Below, in pieces: positions 13,005 to 26,322 of a stretch of 64,000 nt of DNA. Every line of letters begins with the position of its first letter. Within the stretch, counting starts at the first letter, position 1. The notes beneath the pieces are model-generated. The model ran no database searches, was not told where the DNA came from, and saw only the letters and a program-made list of their open reading frames with translations. The stretch lies in assembly GCA_011109175.1 (NCBI GenBank), contig RDEW01000006.1:1448133-1512132 (forward strand), read 5' to 3'. The stretch is from Dicyema japonicum. Taxonomy: Eukaryota; Animalia; Dicyemida. The position numbers and the translations under genes are program-made.

Positions 13005-13260
13005 TCGGGAGAGCCGTATACATGGCTTCGTTCTGGCAAGACAAAAAATTTATAGCAGTAAAGAACAGGTATCATAACTAATTGTAGAAAGGGAATCAAC
13101 CAATGTTCTTCAATTATTTTTTTGCATGTGAATCCTAGTAGACGATCCGGTCACGCAGTGAGGTATTCACTTGTCAATCCAAGGCATCATAGATGCGTAG
13201 AACCTTAAACCGAAATTTAAAAAAATTAGAAATTTAAAGCAGTGAGATTTGAACACATAA
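13005..13260 (-). mobile_element. Degraded copy of the tRNA-derived SINE (family A)
   Basis: Aligns by eye with the reverse complement of 43963-44280. Confidence 0.7.
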
Positions 13261-13619
13261 CAATCATGATTTTGTCCGGCATCTATTCAAATCCAAAGTT
13301 TTAAATAGGGACGATTTTATTTATTTAATAACCCGAAAAGGGAACACCAAGAAAGAAGGAGTAAACCAACTAATTAAGTGATCCCTGTACGCCTCAACAA
13401 AATCGAGAAGTTTTTCCTATGTTCCTCCAGAGTACCCACGGCTTTCCTGAATAGACGACGATCATCTTTCATTAGAGTTTGAAGAGGGTGGGTTTTCCCC
13501 AAATTTCCAGCCTAGAATGGAAATAGAGACGACATACTAAATAGAGATTAATATATATCAAAAATAATAAATCTTATGAAATCTTGATTTTAATTTTTTA
13601 ATAATTAATGTCTATAATT

Positions 13620-14320
13620 TACTATGTGGACTTAGTCTCGAATGACGGGGAATCCCTCACTAATTAATGAGGGTGACATCGGAAAGACAGTCTGAATGGT
13701 TTTTTTACGTTCAACATAGACAAAACGGAGGTAACCGATCTCAAAAGAGAGGAATCAAGGACTAAAGAACTCTGATGAAAGACCAAGAAGTTAGGCACCC
13801 TTCTAGGGAACCAAGAAGACATTTCAAGGAGAAAGACGATCGCAAATGCAGCATTGAAAAAACTAAAGAAAATCTGGTTTGTACTAAAAGGGCTGGATAC
13901 GAAAACGATACTAATCTTGTACAACACGTTAATCAAGCCCGTGATTCTTTACAACGCAAGAACCTTGCCCTTCTCAGAGACCGACACAAAAAATGTTTGA
14001 TATTTTTCAACGAACTTGATTGAGCCAAATGATATTGTTCCGAGGTTACTCCAGAATACCGAACAGAACTTTGTACGAGAGGATGAAGTGTTCGCCAATT
14101 TTGACTAAAATAACGGAGGCCCTTTGGAGATGTTCTATGAAGGACTTCTTTCCCTCTGTAGTTTCCCAATCCCGTGGATGACTGAAGATCACCCTCACGA
14201 TATTCCTCGACAGTGACCTTCAAAAGATTGGGAGACTTTTAAGAGAGGGAGAAGATCTGGATAGATTACGTGAGCTTGAGTAGTACAGAGTCAAGTGGAG
14301 GAAAATGACACATGTTTTGC
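13620..14320 (+). mobile_element. RTE-like LINE RT C-terminal region
   Basis: NIDKTEV...KKLGTLLGNQEDISRRKTIANAALKKLKKIW...LYNTLIKPVILYN. Confidence 0.75.
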
Positions 14321-15599
14321 CATTACTAGGCAATTTAAAGGCTATAAATTTATTTGTTCATAATTTATGATTTATAATCTAAATAATTCAAAAAGGTAGG
14401 TCAGTAATTTCATCAATTAAAAGTACTACAACAATGAATAAATCTATGGATATCTTTCCAGAGATATCGGATGTCCTCCAGATGTTATTATTATGCACAT
14501 TCGCAATAAGAAAGTTATTTCCTTCTCATCACTTGTGCAACCCTCCTGATGATCCGGTCTGTTAGACTCATACATTGTTGATTAAAAGGTTGTATATGGC
14601 TTTCTTTTAAAAAAAGCCTTCTCAGAGGAATTATGATTCCATAATATCGTATGCAGTTACGGCATGATTCATCCGTAATATGTGCCCAAATATCGGGTCT
14701 TGGAAATAATTGTATCCGAGTGATTCGATTTACAAATGTGTATACAATGGGGCAAATAAGTCATGGCAACATTCTTGTTTTTAACTATTTTTTGTTTTTA
14801 TTACGCTCCAACAGGTAAATGGGTAAATTGATTATTCATTTAAATGATTACAATAAATTTCATTTACAATTTTTAAATGGTTAAAAATCAAAAAGATGGA
14901 ATCTCATAACTAATTTGATCAATTTAGACACATCTAAAAAGATTATTTTTTGTAGAAATCACATTTTATTTGGGATTTCTATCACTTTCCCTGTATGTCT
15001 TGGTTTTTGATAAGTACGATTTCTCCAGGGTGTGTTTTAGACATACGTGCAATTGAGACTTCACCACATCGGCCAAGAGTTGTTACCACTAGCTATTCAC
15101 CTAAATAATTTTTAGATAGTTGGTTTGCCACAGTAAAATAATATTTTGAAAAATACGACGTTGTATGTGATATAATTAGTTCTTTCAAATTTAAGGGAAT
15201 TCTAGCAACTAACGCGATCAATTCAGCACAACATCTACTCGCTAATAAAAATAGTATTAAACTATTCGACCAGTTGCTCAAAGAGTCGCAGCTGAAACTT
15301 TTAATAATAAGAGAGAAGACGGATGCATTTGTCTTTAATGACGAACGAAGACTTGCTTCGAAGATATGCGAGCCCCGCGAAGGACTCTAGTTGAGGCAGA
15401 GGCTCGTAATGGCGTTTATGTGGGAACGCCTTCGCAATCCTGGTCTCTTAACTAAAAAATCTTTACCTGTTTTCTTTTTTTCAAAAATGAAAAAAAATTT
15501 AAGTGCTATATTATTTATACATAATAATATTTTAAGAGCAATATTTTAATTTTAACTGCTATAAAAATTATCATGGCAGAGTGAAAGTGCTTAAAAATT

Positions 15600-15800
15600 T
15601 ATGCTTTTACCTCTGATGAATGCTATCTAGCATCCTGTCTCTCGTTGGTCCTTGGTGACCTTTTGGATCATTGAACCAATCCGACGGACTAGGCCGTCTG
15701 CGTGTGAGCCAAAGATTCCCGACGTCTCCACATCGAAAAAGAAAAACAAATGGTCTTCCGATTTTGGTACTTCTTTGTTGTAATCTTCGGCACACTAGTA
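15600..15800 (-). mobile_element. CRE-like LINE 3' (RLE) fragment, second subfamily
   Basis: VETSGIFGSHADGLVRRIGSMIQKVTKDQRETG; related to 61600-61780 and 57900-57990. Confidence 0.7.
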
Positions 15801-16589
15801 AGCATGATCTGGTCTTATGAAATTAAATTTATTTGACAGAATCTAACAATTAAAGAACGATTCCCTCAGATATTATTAAGTAAGCAGACAAATTGAAAGT
15901 TGGTGATATTTCTCTTAAATTGAGCCTGACACTGAAAGTTGGCTAAAAGTCATCAGTTCCAGGAAAAAACATTACTGATTACTGCATTATAGCTTTATTG
16001 TTTACAAGTAAATACATAATTTTTTTCAAAAAAATACATAAATTAGCTATAAAATTTAATAAAATTATAAAAGAGTAAATTTACTTATGGGGGATGGGAA
16101 AGACTAAGGCACTGTTGTAGACTATACCACAATTCACGGATAATTAACACGAGGAATGTCTAAAATTAATTCTAATGAGTTGAAATTAAAAGTTCTTCCA
16201 AACGAAGTCATCCATTTGCTACATCAAAATCACTCCCTTTCTTCCACCTACATTATCGGTAGTCGATGAACGTATTATTTGTCCCAGAACAAGAGAAGGG
16301 GGGTTACTAAAGACTCCATGACCGGTTCACGTTCTGCACAGTTGTTGTCAAGACAACTGGAAGTATAAGCAAGTAATCGCTATCTGGTTTCACTCAAAAG
16401 GCATCCCTGAAACTAGTGGTTCCCCCAGATGATCTCCGTTACCGGGGGTAGTATTAGTGAATGGTGTAAATAAAACGTCTACAAAACTAAATTTAAAACC
16501 ACAAAATTATCAAGCATTATATTTATTCTAAAACAACCACTATTAGTCATACATTCTGCAAAAAGTCATTCATTTCGTTAGACATTCCC

Positions 16590-17347
16590 TCAACTTTTGT
16601 CTAATAATAAATTATACTCAAACATTCTCCTTGAAATTATCAAAAGCACCAGGTATGCCCCACTTACCCCAATATTCCTCACAAGGTTCGAAGAGACCCT
16701 CATCACTTTGAGTCTATGAATTACATCCGAGATTACAGAATTACTGAAGGGCTTTCGAGGCCAAACATTTGAGAAATTATGAAAACCATAATTTGGCAAT
16801 TGACCGTCAATACTCGATTTGGAAATTTCGTGGTTAGAATGATCATACTGGATGTAGTGATTGCACGTGACTTTTCTTGGGTCATTAAAACAATTCCATG
16901 AAGTCTTGTGATATGATTTGGAATTCCTAAACAGATTATATTAACAAGGTCAAGAGAGCTATTGAACGCAAATTCTTAAAAATTCGATAAAAAACAACAA
17001 AACGACTTACATTTGCCTCACCGAAGGGAAGAACTGCTGATTCGGGATATTTATTCCAGGAATCTCAGGATTATTTACTGTGTTTCCGTAATGTTCATAC
17101 TGGTAGTCCTCAGGCAGGAGTGAGCACGGTAGTGGGATTTGCTTATATTTTCTGTAGGCACAAACTTATTGTCAAGGTTAGTCTTAAAATGCGGTTTTCG
17201 TGGTTCAATAAAAAGTGAAGCAGGCAAATCACGACATTTCATAGGGACATGAGTATGAATTTCTGTTTTAAATGTGTTAAGGTCACGGTAAAATTCATTA
17301 CATATATTCTCAGCTGAAATTTTCCTAAGCTTATTGTCCTTTAACAT
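16590..17347 (-). other. Possible lineage-specific gene or remnant, no recognisable homology
   Basis: A 90-aa ATG ORF, then GTAAGT donors, short AT-rich intron-like segments and a further open frame of about 110 codons. I could not close the model without a frameshift. Confidence 0.3.
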
Positions 17348-17989
17348 TTGGTTGAAACAAAACTTTATTTTATTGTATTTATTGGTCAGCCAGAATATAA
17401 TTTTTTAAATTTTAAATTAAAAATTATATTTACAAAAATATTCAAAAATGTTAATTATATTACTGCTAAAATTCCCACTTTCTGCAAAGAACCAGGAGAC
17501 CCATTGGGGAAGGGTTATACATGCGGAGGAATCCCGATCTGTCCTAAAGAAAGACCAATCGAGTTCCTTTACAGCAATTCAAGAAAACACTTTCACTGTG
17601 CAGTGGGATAGCTGTGGGACCACTCAATGAGAGTCTGAACTACAATAATCTGTCTGAATCACTTAAATAGTCTGCCTTAAAACCTCCTTTATTGGTGATC
17701 TTTGGTTTCTAAATAATATAAAAGTCCCCAAAACAGGTATAACTTTCACTAAACATGCAATCTCATTTGAAAAAGAGTTTTTTAGCTGCACATATAGACT
17801 ATAGTAACCCTGAGTAATATTTAGTTACTAAACAAACCAATAAATTTGTATTATTGGCAATAATGATATTTTCAATTAGAAAACCGCAATCTGCTCTTGT
17901 AAACAGCAATCTTTAACAATCAAGTAACCACCTTCCACTTAACCCATACTCCCTTAAAGTAATAATGACTGACATGTACTTCCACAAGT

Positions 17990-18240
17990 GCACCACAAAT
18001 ACTTTAGTTTAGAGTAAAAAACAGTTATAATAATTTATCGTTGAGAGGGGACATGCTCTTAACTGATTTAGTCGTGAGTGAATCCCTTAGACAGCCCGGT
18101 GATGCATTGAGGTATCACTGCTGACTGTCACTCGTCAACAAGGAATATCACAGCCTTTATCTGGAATGGAAAGGAGTAAGATTCTAACCAAAAGCACTGA
18201 ATTTTGTTAGGAGCTTATGCCACAGCGACTCGCCTAAAAA
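17990..18240 (-). mobile_element. Degraded SINE family A copy
   Basis: Shares ...CACTGCTGACTGTCACTCGTCAA... and flanking blocks with 43963-44280. Confidence 0.6.
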
Positions 18241-19341
18241 CTACCAATAAATAATTAGTAATCTATCTGCTTCTTTTGATTGCAACTGTAAAGATTTGGT
18301 GGCATAAATTAGAAACAAATTTAAACATGATAGTTATGATAATAATTACATAAATTATGTTAATACAAATAACCATCTTTGTTACAAAAATAAGGTTACT
18401 CTCAATAAAATATCTTTTCACGATTTTTCACTTTCTTTATCGCGAGTTGGTGGCAATATTTACACAGGGGTGTCTTTTTAGGGCACAAAGGGGCGCACAC
18501 TTGTTTATCCACTGAAAACTTATCCAAATTATTGAAGTGTGAACTTTCAATTGATGCTTGAGAATGGCACGTACAGTGTGTTCCCTCTTTTTCCTTAATA
18601 GATGGAATTTTGTCCATTAATGCTAGGAATTGTTAGAGTTGTGCGTGGTTTCGATTTATATAAAATAGACGATTCTTAAATTTCCTTAATCGATTAAAGC
18701 GACAAATTTACGAATAATGCTAATCGAGGCAAGTCATAAAGACTGTCAACTTGCATGAAGAATTTCCATGAGGACCCCACATAATCTGTACAGCCTCTCC
18801 CAGTAAGACTTATAACTTTAAATGGATGACTACCACAAAATTATAATTAATTTAAATTCACAAATCAATTAATCGATAAAACATATAAACTGACTTTTCA
18901 TCCTCGGATGTTCTTGACTAATGATCAACTAAAAGTGACGTCGTGCCTCTATTGCACGTAATGTCTACTTAGCTGTTTTATAAAAGCTCTCATCTTTTAT
19001 TCCTCGTGGGAAGGATGACAAAGTAAGGAAACATAAAAAACAAAATTCGGAACAAAGGAAGGAAGTGATCTTCAGACCAAAATTAAAGACATGATCACCC
19101 TACTGAAGCTGCACACATAGGATTATAGTTAATGATTTAATGTCAATAATAAAACTAAAGACTCAGATCATAAACAGTCCTTGTTAGAACTCTCTGGTAG
19201 TTAAGTAACCCTGACCTCGCCAATTTGTTCACAAGGGACTATTAAGTGGGACGGGCAAATACAGATCATCAACTGGGAAGCTTGGAAGACAAAAAGGGAA
19301 AACAAAATAAAAGGACCAAAGAGAATATATAAACAAAAGAA

Positions 19342-20431
19342 TCACTGATCATTCTTCATAATCGTTAGTCTCTGTCGTCGTTGTAGACCAGCCTCCTTTA
19401 GTGAGATATTATAGTCATCCACTTTAGTGATGTCAATTACAGGGAATGTAGTCATCACTTTGTACTCATCAATGTTGTACCCCAACTTACTAATCTTCCT
19501 CAGTAAATGCTACAATAACAAATCCCCTACCCTAATACTCCGACTGTAGTCAACAGTAATGATCTTTTCATTTTCTGGTAGAGACAATCTGTATGCAGCG
19601 TCACACACCTCATCTCCAATCACACCAAAGTCAACCTTCCTCTGATAAAACCTCGAAAAGTCTATCACTGCGTGTGGGAGTTCTTCCATTTGAGTGAACT
19701 GGGGCAGGGGACCGATCAACAAAGTCATAAAGAATACACATCACATCGTCACACGTGAACTGATTAATCTCCTTCATCAACTCCCTTGTCCTCGGGTCAA
19801 TGACCCCCACAAAGGGGTACTGTGCTTTAGTGTTGTACAAGGAATTGAGATATTTTCCTGTCCTCATCTCATCATACGTCTAATCAGCAATACAAACTAC
19901 CTGGAACAACACAAAGTAATCATTGATGAGATTCTGCATTAGTGGGTAGTTCCACACGTCCCTGTTGAGAGCATGACATGGGAATTGACTCAGACTCTGA
20001 ATATTCAATATTACCCATTTGTTGGCCTCCTTAGCAGCATTCATGACCTAATTATCAAGAAACCCACCACCTGTCTTAAATTGCCAGTAAACAAAAGGGA
20101 GGGATTCACACTAAACATCATCTTCTCGTCAAAGTAACGCGTGGTCTCTGTAATGTCATCGGAAAACTCGTATATTTCTTGGGAATGTCTACCATTAGGT
20201 AATATCATACTCAGAAGACTGTGATCCATGGCTGAGATCTGGGGACTCTCTGTGTGTTCTTTGAGTTTCGTTGAGGGTACCATCAAAATGCATTTGAATG
20301 GCCGTACCCACATCTCCATCTGCAAGTTCTAAGGCATCAACAGCCTGTAGGATGGTTAGTCCTCCCATTTATGCAATAAATATACCTGTGATCATACATA
20401 TTCTGGCAACGTCTTCGTCGTAATTAGACAT
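19342..20431 (-). CDS. UBXN7: UBX domain protein 7 (UBA-like, UAS, UBX), p97/VCP adaptor, 318 aa
   Basis: Six introns (24, 22, 23, 21, 22, 21 nt) give an intact 957-nt CDS. UBA-like: MSNYDEDVARICMITGLTILQAVDALELADGDVGTAIQMHFDG. UAS: AKEANKWVILNIQSLSQFPCHALNRDVW...YPFVGVIDPRT. UBX: RLSLPEN...MTTFPV...SLKEAGL. Confidence 0.92.
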
Positions 20432-21299
20432 ATAACAATAAACTTAAGTTAAATTTTAATTATTTTTAATTATTTTTTAAATAAATTTATATTATATTAT
20501 TTACTTTCGATAATTATTGAAATTTTACATTGCAATTTTACTTTGTCAAGGAGTTGTGGCTAAAAACTGGGGCTGGAATTAATAAATCACATAAGATCAA
20601 AATTATCCTGATAGCATTCACATGAAATGGCCCTTTGACATCATACTCGTAGGAATATGCAGTCATTGAATATTTGCGAAAGAACATTTATTCAATCTTT
20701 GATAATCGAGAAAACCTTGGATAACACGATTGTCCCACATATAAACTAAATCGATGTTTCGTAGGGAGATACAGGGTTTAATGAATGGATCAATGAGAAT
20801 TACTCTTTGTTGGATAGCGAAGATTAACACAAGAGGCTTATTGGAATGTTGAAAGTCGAATACGAGCAGGGAGCACTCCCAGTTTGCCCTAAAAGGAAAC
20901 GTCACCCTTAGAAAATATTTTAATGTGTGAATAAGTTTTAATGAATTGAAAACTTATCCTTGGTGTAACAGATTAGATACCTTAATGGATACGCTGTCAT
21001 TCTTCTGACAGTCTTCTATGGGTTAATTCTCTACTGCAGTGGTTCTCAACGAGGGGAGAATCACCCCTTTTGGACGATGCTCCTCGAGGAGCTCATTGTC
21101 ATATGAAAAATTAAATAACAATAATAACACCAGAGACCACAGTTACAAAAACTAACTAATCACGTGATCCCAGCACGCTCTAGCAGAGACTTCATCTTGG
21201 CCCGATGTTCCTCCCTCGACCCCACACAAGTACGTAACAATCAAGTGACTGTACCTTCGCAGTCACGACGGCGCGTTCCATGATTCATTCGTATCATGG

Positions 21300-22470
21300 C
21301 TTTAAGAGGCATGGATGGCTGGAACTCAATGAATTGTCCTACATTCAACGATTCTTCATCATTTTTCCATCTTTTTTTATTTCGCATTTTTTCTGCAGCT
21401 ACCAAAGTATGCCTTCGTGCAGAATCCCGTGACAAAGATAGGTCTTCATCTTCTTGATACTGTAGTAATCTATTTAAGCTTCATCAGATATTTGTGGCGG
21501 ATAGTCCACTCCATTAAATATCTTGAAAGGAGCAAGTTTGGTGGTCTCGTGATTGGTAATATTGTAGCTGAATACAATATCTCCCAGACTGGATTGATAT
21601 TTTCCCAGAGTTCCATCAGTAGAAGAAACGGATGATAACCATCTTTCAAGAGATTGATTTAACCTATACATTATCATATAAATGATACCTCTCTACCTGG
21701 CCGTGACCCACGGTGCTCTTGGTCGTCCAAAAATATGTTTAACGTTTAGCCTGTTACAAATTTCTTTGAGAAAAAAGTTTCTGAACTCCAAACCATTGTC
21801 TGTTAAAGTATAATAGGTGATCCATGGGTGTAAAAAAATTTGAAAAATCTGAGATATTTCTTCAGCTGTTTTAGTTTTAGCCATATCGACCATAGCAAAC
21901 TTCGAAAAAAATCAACCATTACAAAAATCTAAATGTGACTGAAGAAGTATTACCCAAAAATATCCGTTATTCAAACAGGAATATATTCTCAGATCTATCA
22001 AATCAGCAATATACCTATCACGCGGATATTCCGCAATGATAGCAGTAATTGTTGGCCTAATCTCAGTAAGTCATTTGGTCTGACAGTAGACACATTTCTA
22101 TACTGCAACTTCTACAAGAGTTAAATTGTAGATCTTTTTTCTTAGCAAACTAAATAAACGATCTCTCCCCATATGTGCAAAATTGTGTTCACTCTAATGA
22201 TTAACAGGCAAAAATACTATTATCAATTGTTGTTTCAGTTTTGCTTCTTCCTCACAAACAAATCGCTGAAATAAATTGTTGCCATAATCCTATTATAATC
22301 GAATTACTCAATAATAGACTATATCGTCCTCGAAAACTAGCAATGGGCTAGTCTCCAAATGCGCTGTTTACTCTTTCTTGAAAGCGATGCATCAAGATAT
22401 CCATTTTCTAGATATTCGATTATCTGACGCAACTCATCCATCTTCAACTTGAAGCTTAAAACCATGTGAA
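21300..22470 (-). mobile_element. Degraded rve (DDE) integrase element with no adjacent RT (Ginger-like or Gypsy remnant)
   Basis: KTKTAEEI...TDNGLEFRN...KHIFGRPRAPW, YNITNHETTKLAPF and an upstream H-H motif (EHNFAHMGRD). Confidence 0.75.
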
Positions 22471-22539
22471 GAAATAAAATAATTTTTTTTTATTTTTAAA
22501 TAATACCCACTTTATTTAACAAACAATAAAAAGTTAATA

Positions 22540-23400
22540 TATTTAATAATCAACAACCTTCCTCGCCTGTCTGTTCGCCAGCCTCCTCAGGCAGGTTCGA
22601 TTCTGGTTGCTGAAACAACTCTGAGAGGGCCTTGTCCAATTGAACCCTCTGCCCATATGGCATCTCAGGGTTCTGCTTCCTTTACTCCAGTGTCAGGCTC
22701 TCTAGGGTCCGCTTTAACACAGTGGACTGTAGATAGGCCTGGAGCTTCCTATCTACCGCCAACTGCTTCAGATAACCCTTGTGGTACTTTGTTGCAATTC
22801 CTTCCCACGTCATTACTATAGGAATAACGAGGACCTTGCAACCAAGCATCTGCCCCATCTCGTTTGCAAGAAAGTCATACTTCCTTTTTTCTCCACCTCC
22901 ACAGTATGCAAACTGTCTTGAGACGTGATGCCAACTTCTATGATAAGGACTTGGCCAGACTCCTTATTGTGTACCACAATGTCCGGTTTATTGTGCTCGA
23001 CTAGCACCGAGGTACGGATAACACTGTCTACCTTAATTCGGACCCTGGTGTTCTCTACTACAGATTGCACCTTATGAGTCCGCAACTTTCTGGTGTGGCG
23101 AATACCATACTTATTGCATAGTAGAAGATGAAGACTCCTTCACTACCTCGTTATGCCTCTACACATAGTCGTGGCAGAGCATGGATCCACATCTAGTGGC
23201 TAAATGATCAACCGACATGCTCCTTGACTTACAGTGGGGACATGTATTTGTTGATCGACCCCAAAAAATATTGCGGTCTTGCATATACGTGTACAGCGCC
23301 TCCGATCGAGGTGAGTTGTCACCGTATTTTAGCCATATTGTCGACGACTTAAGGTCAACATGTGGGTTGTCCAATGCTCTGAAGAGGACCTTATGAAGGC
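22540..23400 (-). mobile_element. R4-like LINE C-terminal zinc knuckle + RLE
   Basis: QDRNIFW...CPHC...VDHLATRC, HNEVV, HNKPDIVVHNK...IIEVGITSQ, EKKRKYDFLANEMG. Near-identical short copy at 54564-54705. Confidence 0.88.
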
Positions 23401-23526
23401 TTTTTAAGTTTTTTTATTTTTAAATATTAATAGAGTTTTTTTGATAATTAAGTATAATAATATATCATTAAAGTGACACTCTATTTATATTGACTGTTTT
23501 TTTGCCACTTTACGTTTTTAAAAAAT

Positions 23527-23780
23527 TTAATAACCCGGATACACCGAGAAAGAAGTTAAAGTAACCAACTAATTAAGTGTATCCAGTTTCCACTTCTACA
23601 GAAACAGAGTCCATCCGGAATCAACATAAAAGGTAAGACGTCTATTACATGCAGTTGTGGAAACCTCTCCAAGTGGAGTGGGGGAAAGCAAATGATCCTT
23701 TTCCGTGCCGGCCTGGCACTGGTCGTCACCTAGACAGGTGGATCACATAACGCCACTCTAATAAAAAGACGTACGGACGG
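23527..23780 (-). mobile_element. Non-autonomous SINE-like family B copy
   Basis: Reverse complement of 43644-43930, including the LINE-type tail. Confidence 0.7.
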
Positions 23781-24465
23781 TGACAATTTATATTAAAACT
23801 ATAACATTATTATATTTCATTTAAAATTATTAGCGTGATTTCGGATACTTTGTGATGAGTCTTGTTCAAAAATAGTTAGAACCTATAAAGAGGAATATAT
23901 TTTTTTGGATTTATTAAAATCCTCAGGATCTTCATAAACGGCATTGTTTGCAATGTGATACAGTATTTTCCAATGAGGCAATGAAGCCATTGCCCTTAAT
24001 CAAACATTCCAACTCAATGGAAAAAAATAGATTTTTTTGAATTAAAAAAGAATTATGAAAATAAAAACACTTTAATTATCTTTTTAATAAAAGTACATTT
24101 CAAAATGTTTCCGAACATTTATTCATACAAAGTTTAGAGATAATTGCAAAAACTGGTTACCTGATTTATTTTAATTTGTATGTAATCCCAATTCGAAGGC
24201 AGATAGTGTTAATCTCCTGTATTATTAACGAATATTTACAAAAAGATTCTTCAAACATACTGAAAACCATCCCATTGAGCAATGACACAATAAGAATTGA
24301 TGAAAGTCTAATGACATTGAACAATCTTTAATATTATGTCGCGCGCACAACGCACAACGATGAACAACGCGCAACAAATCATGTGTCAATCAATGTCATG
24401 TCAAAACCACGCCACGTCATTCGATAGTAGATTAGCACTTTCCGAAAATATTCGTAAATCTAAGG

Positions 24466-25560
24466 ATGCCTGCATACAGAGGTTATATAAAATGTTATGA
24501 TGAATATGAAATAATCGAACGCATTATTAAAGACCAAGTATCTCCAAGTACCAACAGGCATAATAAATTACGTCTTCTACAAAAATCAAGAAATTTCATG
24601 ATCAACGACAAAATGTATCTGAAAGATCCGAATGGAAATCACAAGCCTGTCATTTGTATGGACAATGAGATGGATGTTTTGACCTCAGCACTCCATAACC
24701 TGGCTCATCTTGGAATGAATAAAATGGAGGATCTCTCCAATGAACACTACTTCCACATTAAAAGAAGTGTAATCCGTAAAGTAATTAATTCCTGTGAAAT
24801 CTGTAAGTTTTCTACTCTTTAAAAGTTTGTTTTTTGGTAATATTTTAATAGATAAGTGAAGAACATTACATCATTGCGTTAAAACCAAATGAAAGGTTTA
24901 AACTAGATCTCATTGATCTGAAAAGATCTTATTCTGTCAACGATGAATACAAATGGATGCTCACTGTAATTTATGTATATTCAAAGATGCTTAAAATCAT
25001 ATATTTAAGTTTCAATGGAATTAAAAAGCATATTCTATGAATATGGGCCTTGTATGACAATCAGACAATGGTACAGAATTTAAAAATTCATAGAACGATT
25101 CAATCAAACCATCACACGATTCTGTCAAAAATGATGGCAAAAAACGCTGGAAAATCTTGGATTAAAATGTTACATAGTGCCACTTATATGTATAACATAA
25201 CTGTACATACGTCGAGCGGAAGAACACCTTTTGAGATGTATAGAGGCATTCCTGGTTTTAATACTGTTACACTAAATGATGATTGGTTGTATTTTTTATA
25301 ATTTGACATAGATTTGGAGAATGATATTTGCGAGTAAATACTGATGTCGTTCCGTATGATGAGTCGTTAGACGAAACAAATAATGAAGCTACAAAGTCTG
25401 CTTGTGAAATGGTTTACAAAAAATGATTTTAAATTAGAACATTTCCAACTTAAGCTCATAAAATCGAATTTGAATACACCTTATTTTAAGAGAATGAACA
25501 AAAAGATAACTGTTCATTATGGTAAATACACGTTTTTATGTGAGATCAAGTTTTTATTAA
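24466..25560 (+). mobile_element. Degraded H2C2 zinc finger + rve integrase element
   Basis: LHNLAHLGMNKM...VINSCEIC, LDLIDLK, SDNGTEFKN, YNITVHTSSGRTPFE. Confidence 0.78.
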
Positions 25561-26187
25561 ATAATTAAATGTAGGTTAGAGTTTTAAAAGATCATGGAAC
25601 TAATGGGGATAATAATTCACACATTTTCATATTCTTTGAAATCCTTCTGCAAATACTATCCACCAGATAGATGTTTATGCCCCTGTAGTAAGGTGGCGAA
25701 AGTTCATACCAAACTGGAAAGATTTTACTCAGCTCCCTAAAACATACAATATATACGAGTCGTAATCACTGATATTTACGGCAGTTGTCCTAGGAAATGA
25801 CCTGAAAACATCTAAAATGAGTTAAAATTAGATTTTCGAGAACGTTAGCTTGCGACATGGAAAAGATTGACGTCTAGTTGTGTTTTACTGCTAATGTTAT
25901 TATGGCTAACATGAATGTGTTTATTATCTTAAAGATAGGTAAAAATTACATATGTGGTAACTATTGTTTTACATCAATTCAATTTAGTATTTTTTTAAAA
26001 GGAAAAAATTTTATTATAAAATGAATAAAAATTAAATTAAGGCATCTGAATGGCCATTAGTATTGAACATTATTTTGAAGGGCGTCAACTCAGAGAGGAA
26101 GTATCTACCTCCTTAGGAAGTAACCTACTATAAGTAGAGTACTCGGTGGATCATTCAATATAAAAAATTAATTAGATTTAGTTAATT

Positions 26188-26322
26188 TAACAGTAAAATA
26201 TTATTTATTAACGATGGGGAAGAGCGGCTGCTGACATTACGGAAAAGCGTTTCCGCGACAACTGCAATCCCAATTCGTTGCCTCAGCCAGACCGCTTCCC
26301 GGATCGATATTTTTGACAAAAA
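26188..26322 (-). mobile_element. Very short CRE-like 3' end insertion
   Basis: Matches 3840-3950; 15-bp TSD TAGATTTAGTTAATT at 26173-26187 and 26323-26337. Confidence 0.8.

Noticed and set aside
17348-18617. Small Cys-containing ORFs (17348-17611 +, 18402-18617 -)
   Set aside because: No recognisable domain or supported exon structure.
21038-21100. Isolated CAGTGGTTCTCAAC-type ends (also near 12795, 32698, 54450)
   Set aside because: Probably hAT MITE termini, but I could not find partner TIRs or TSDs, so they are not called as elements.
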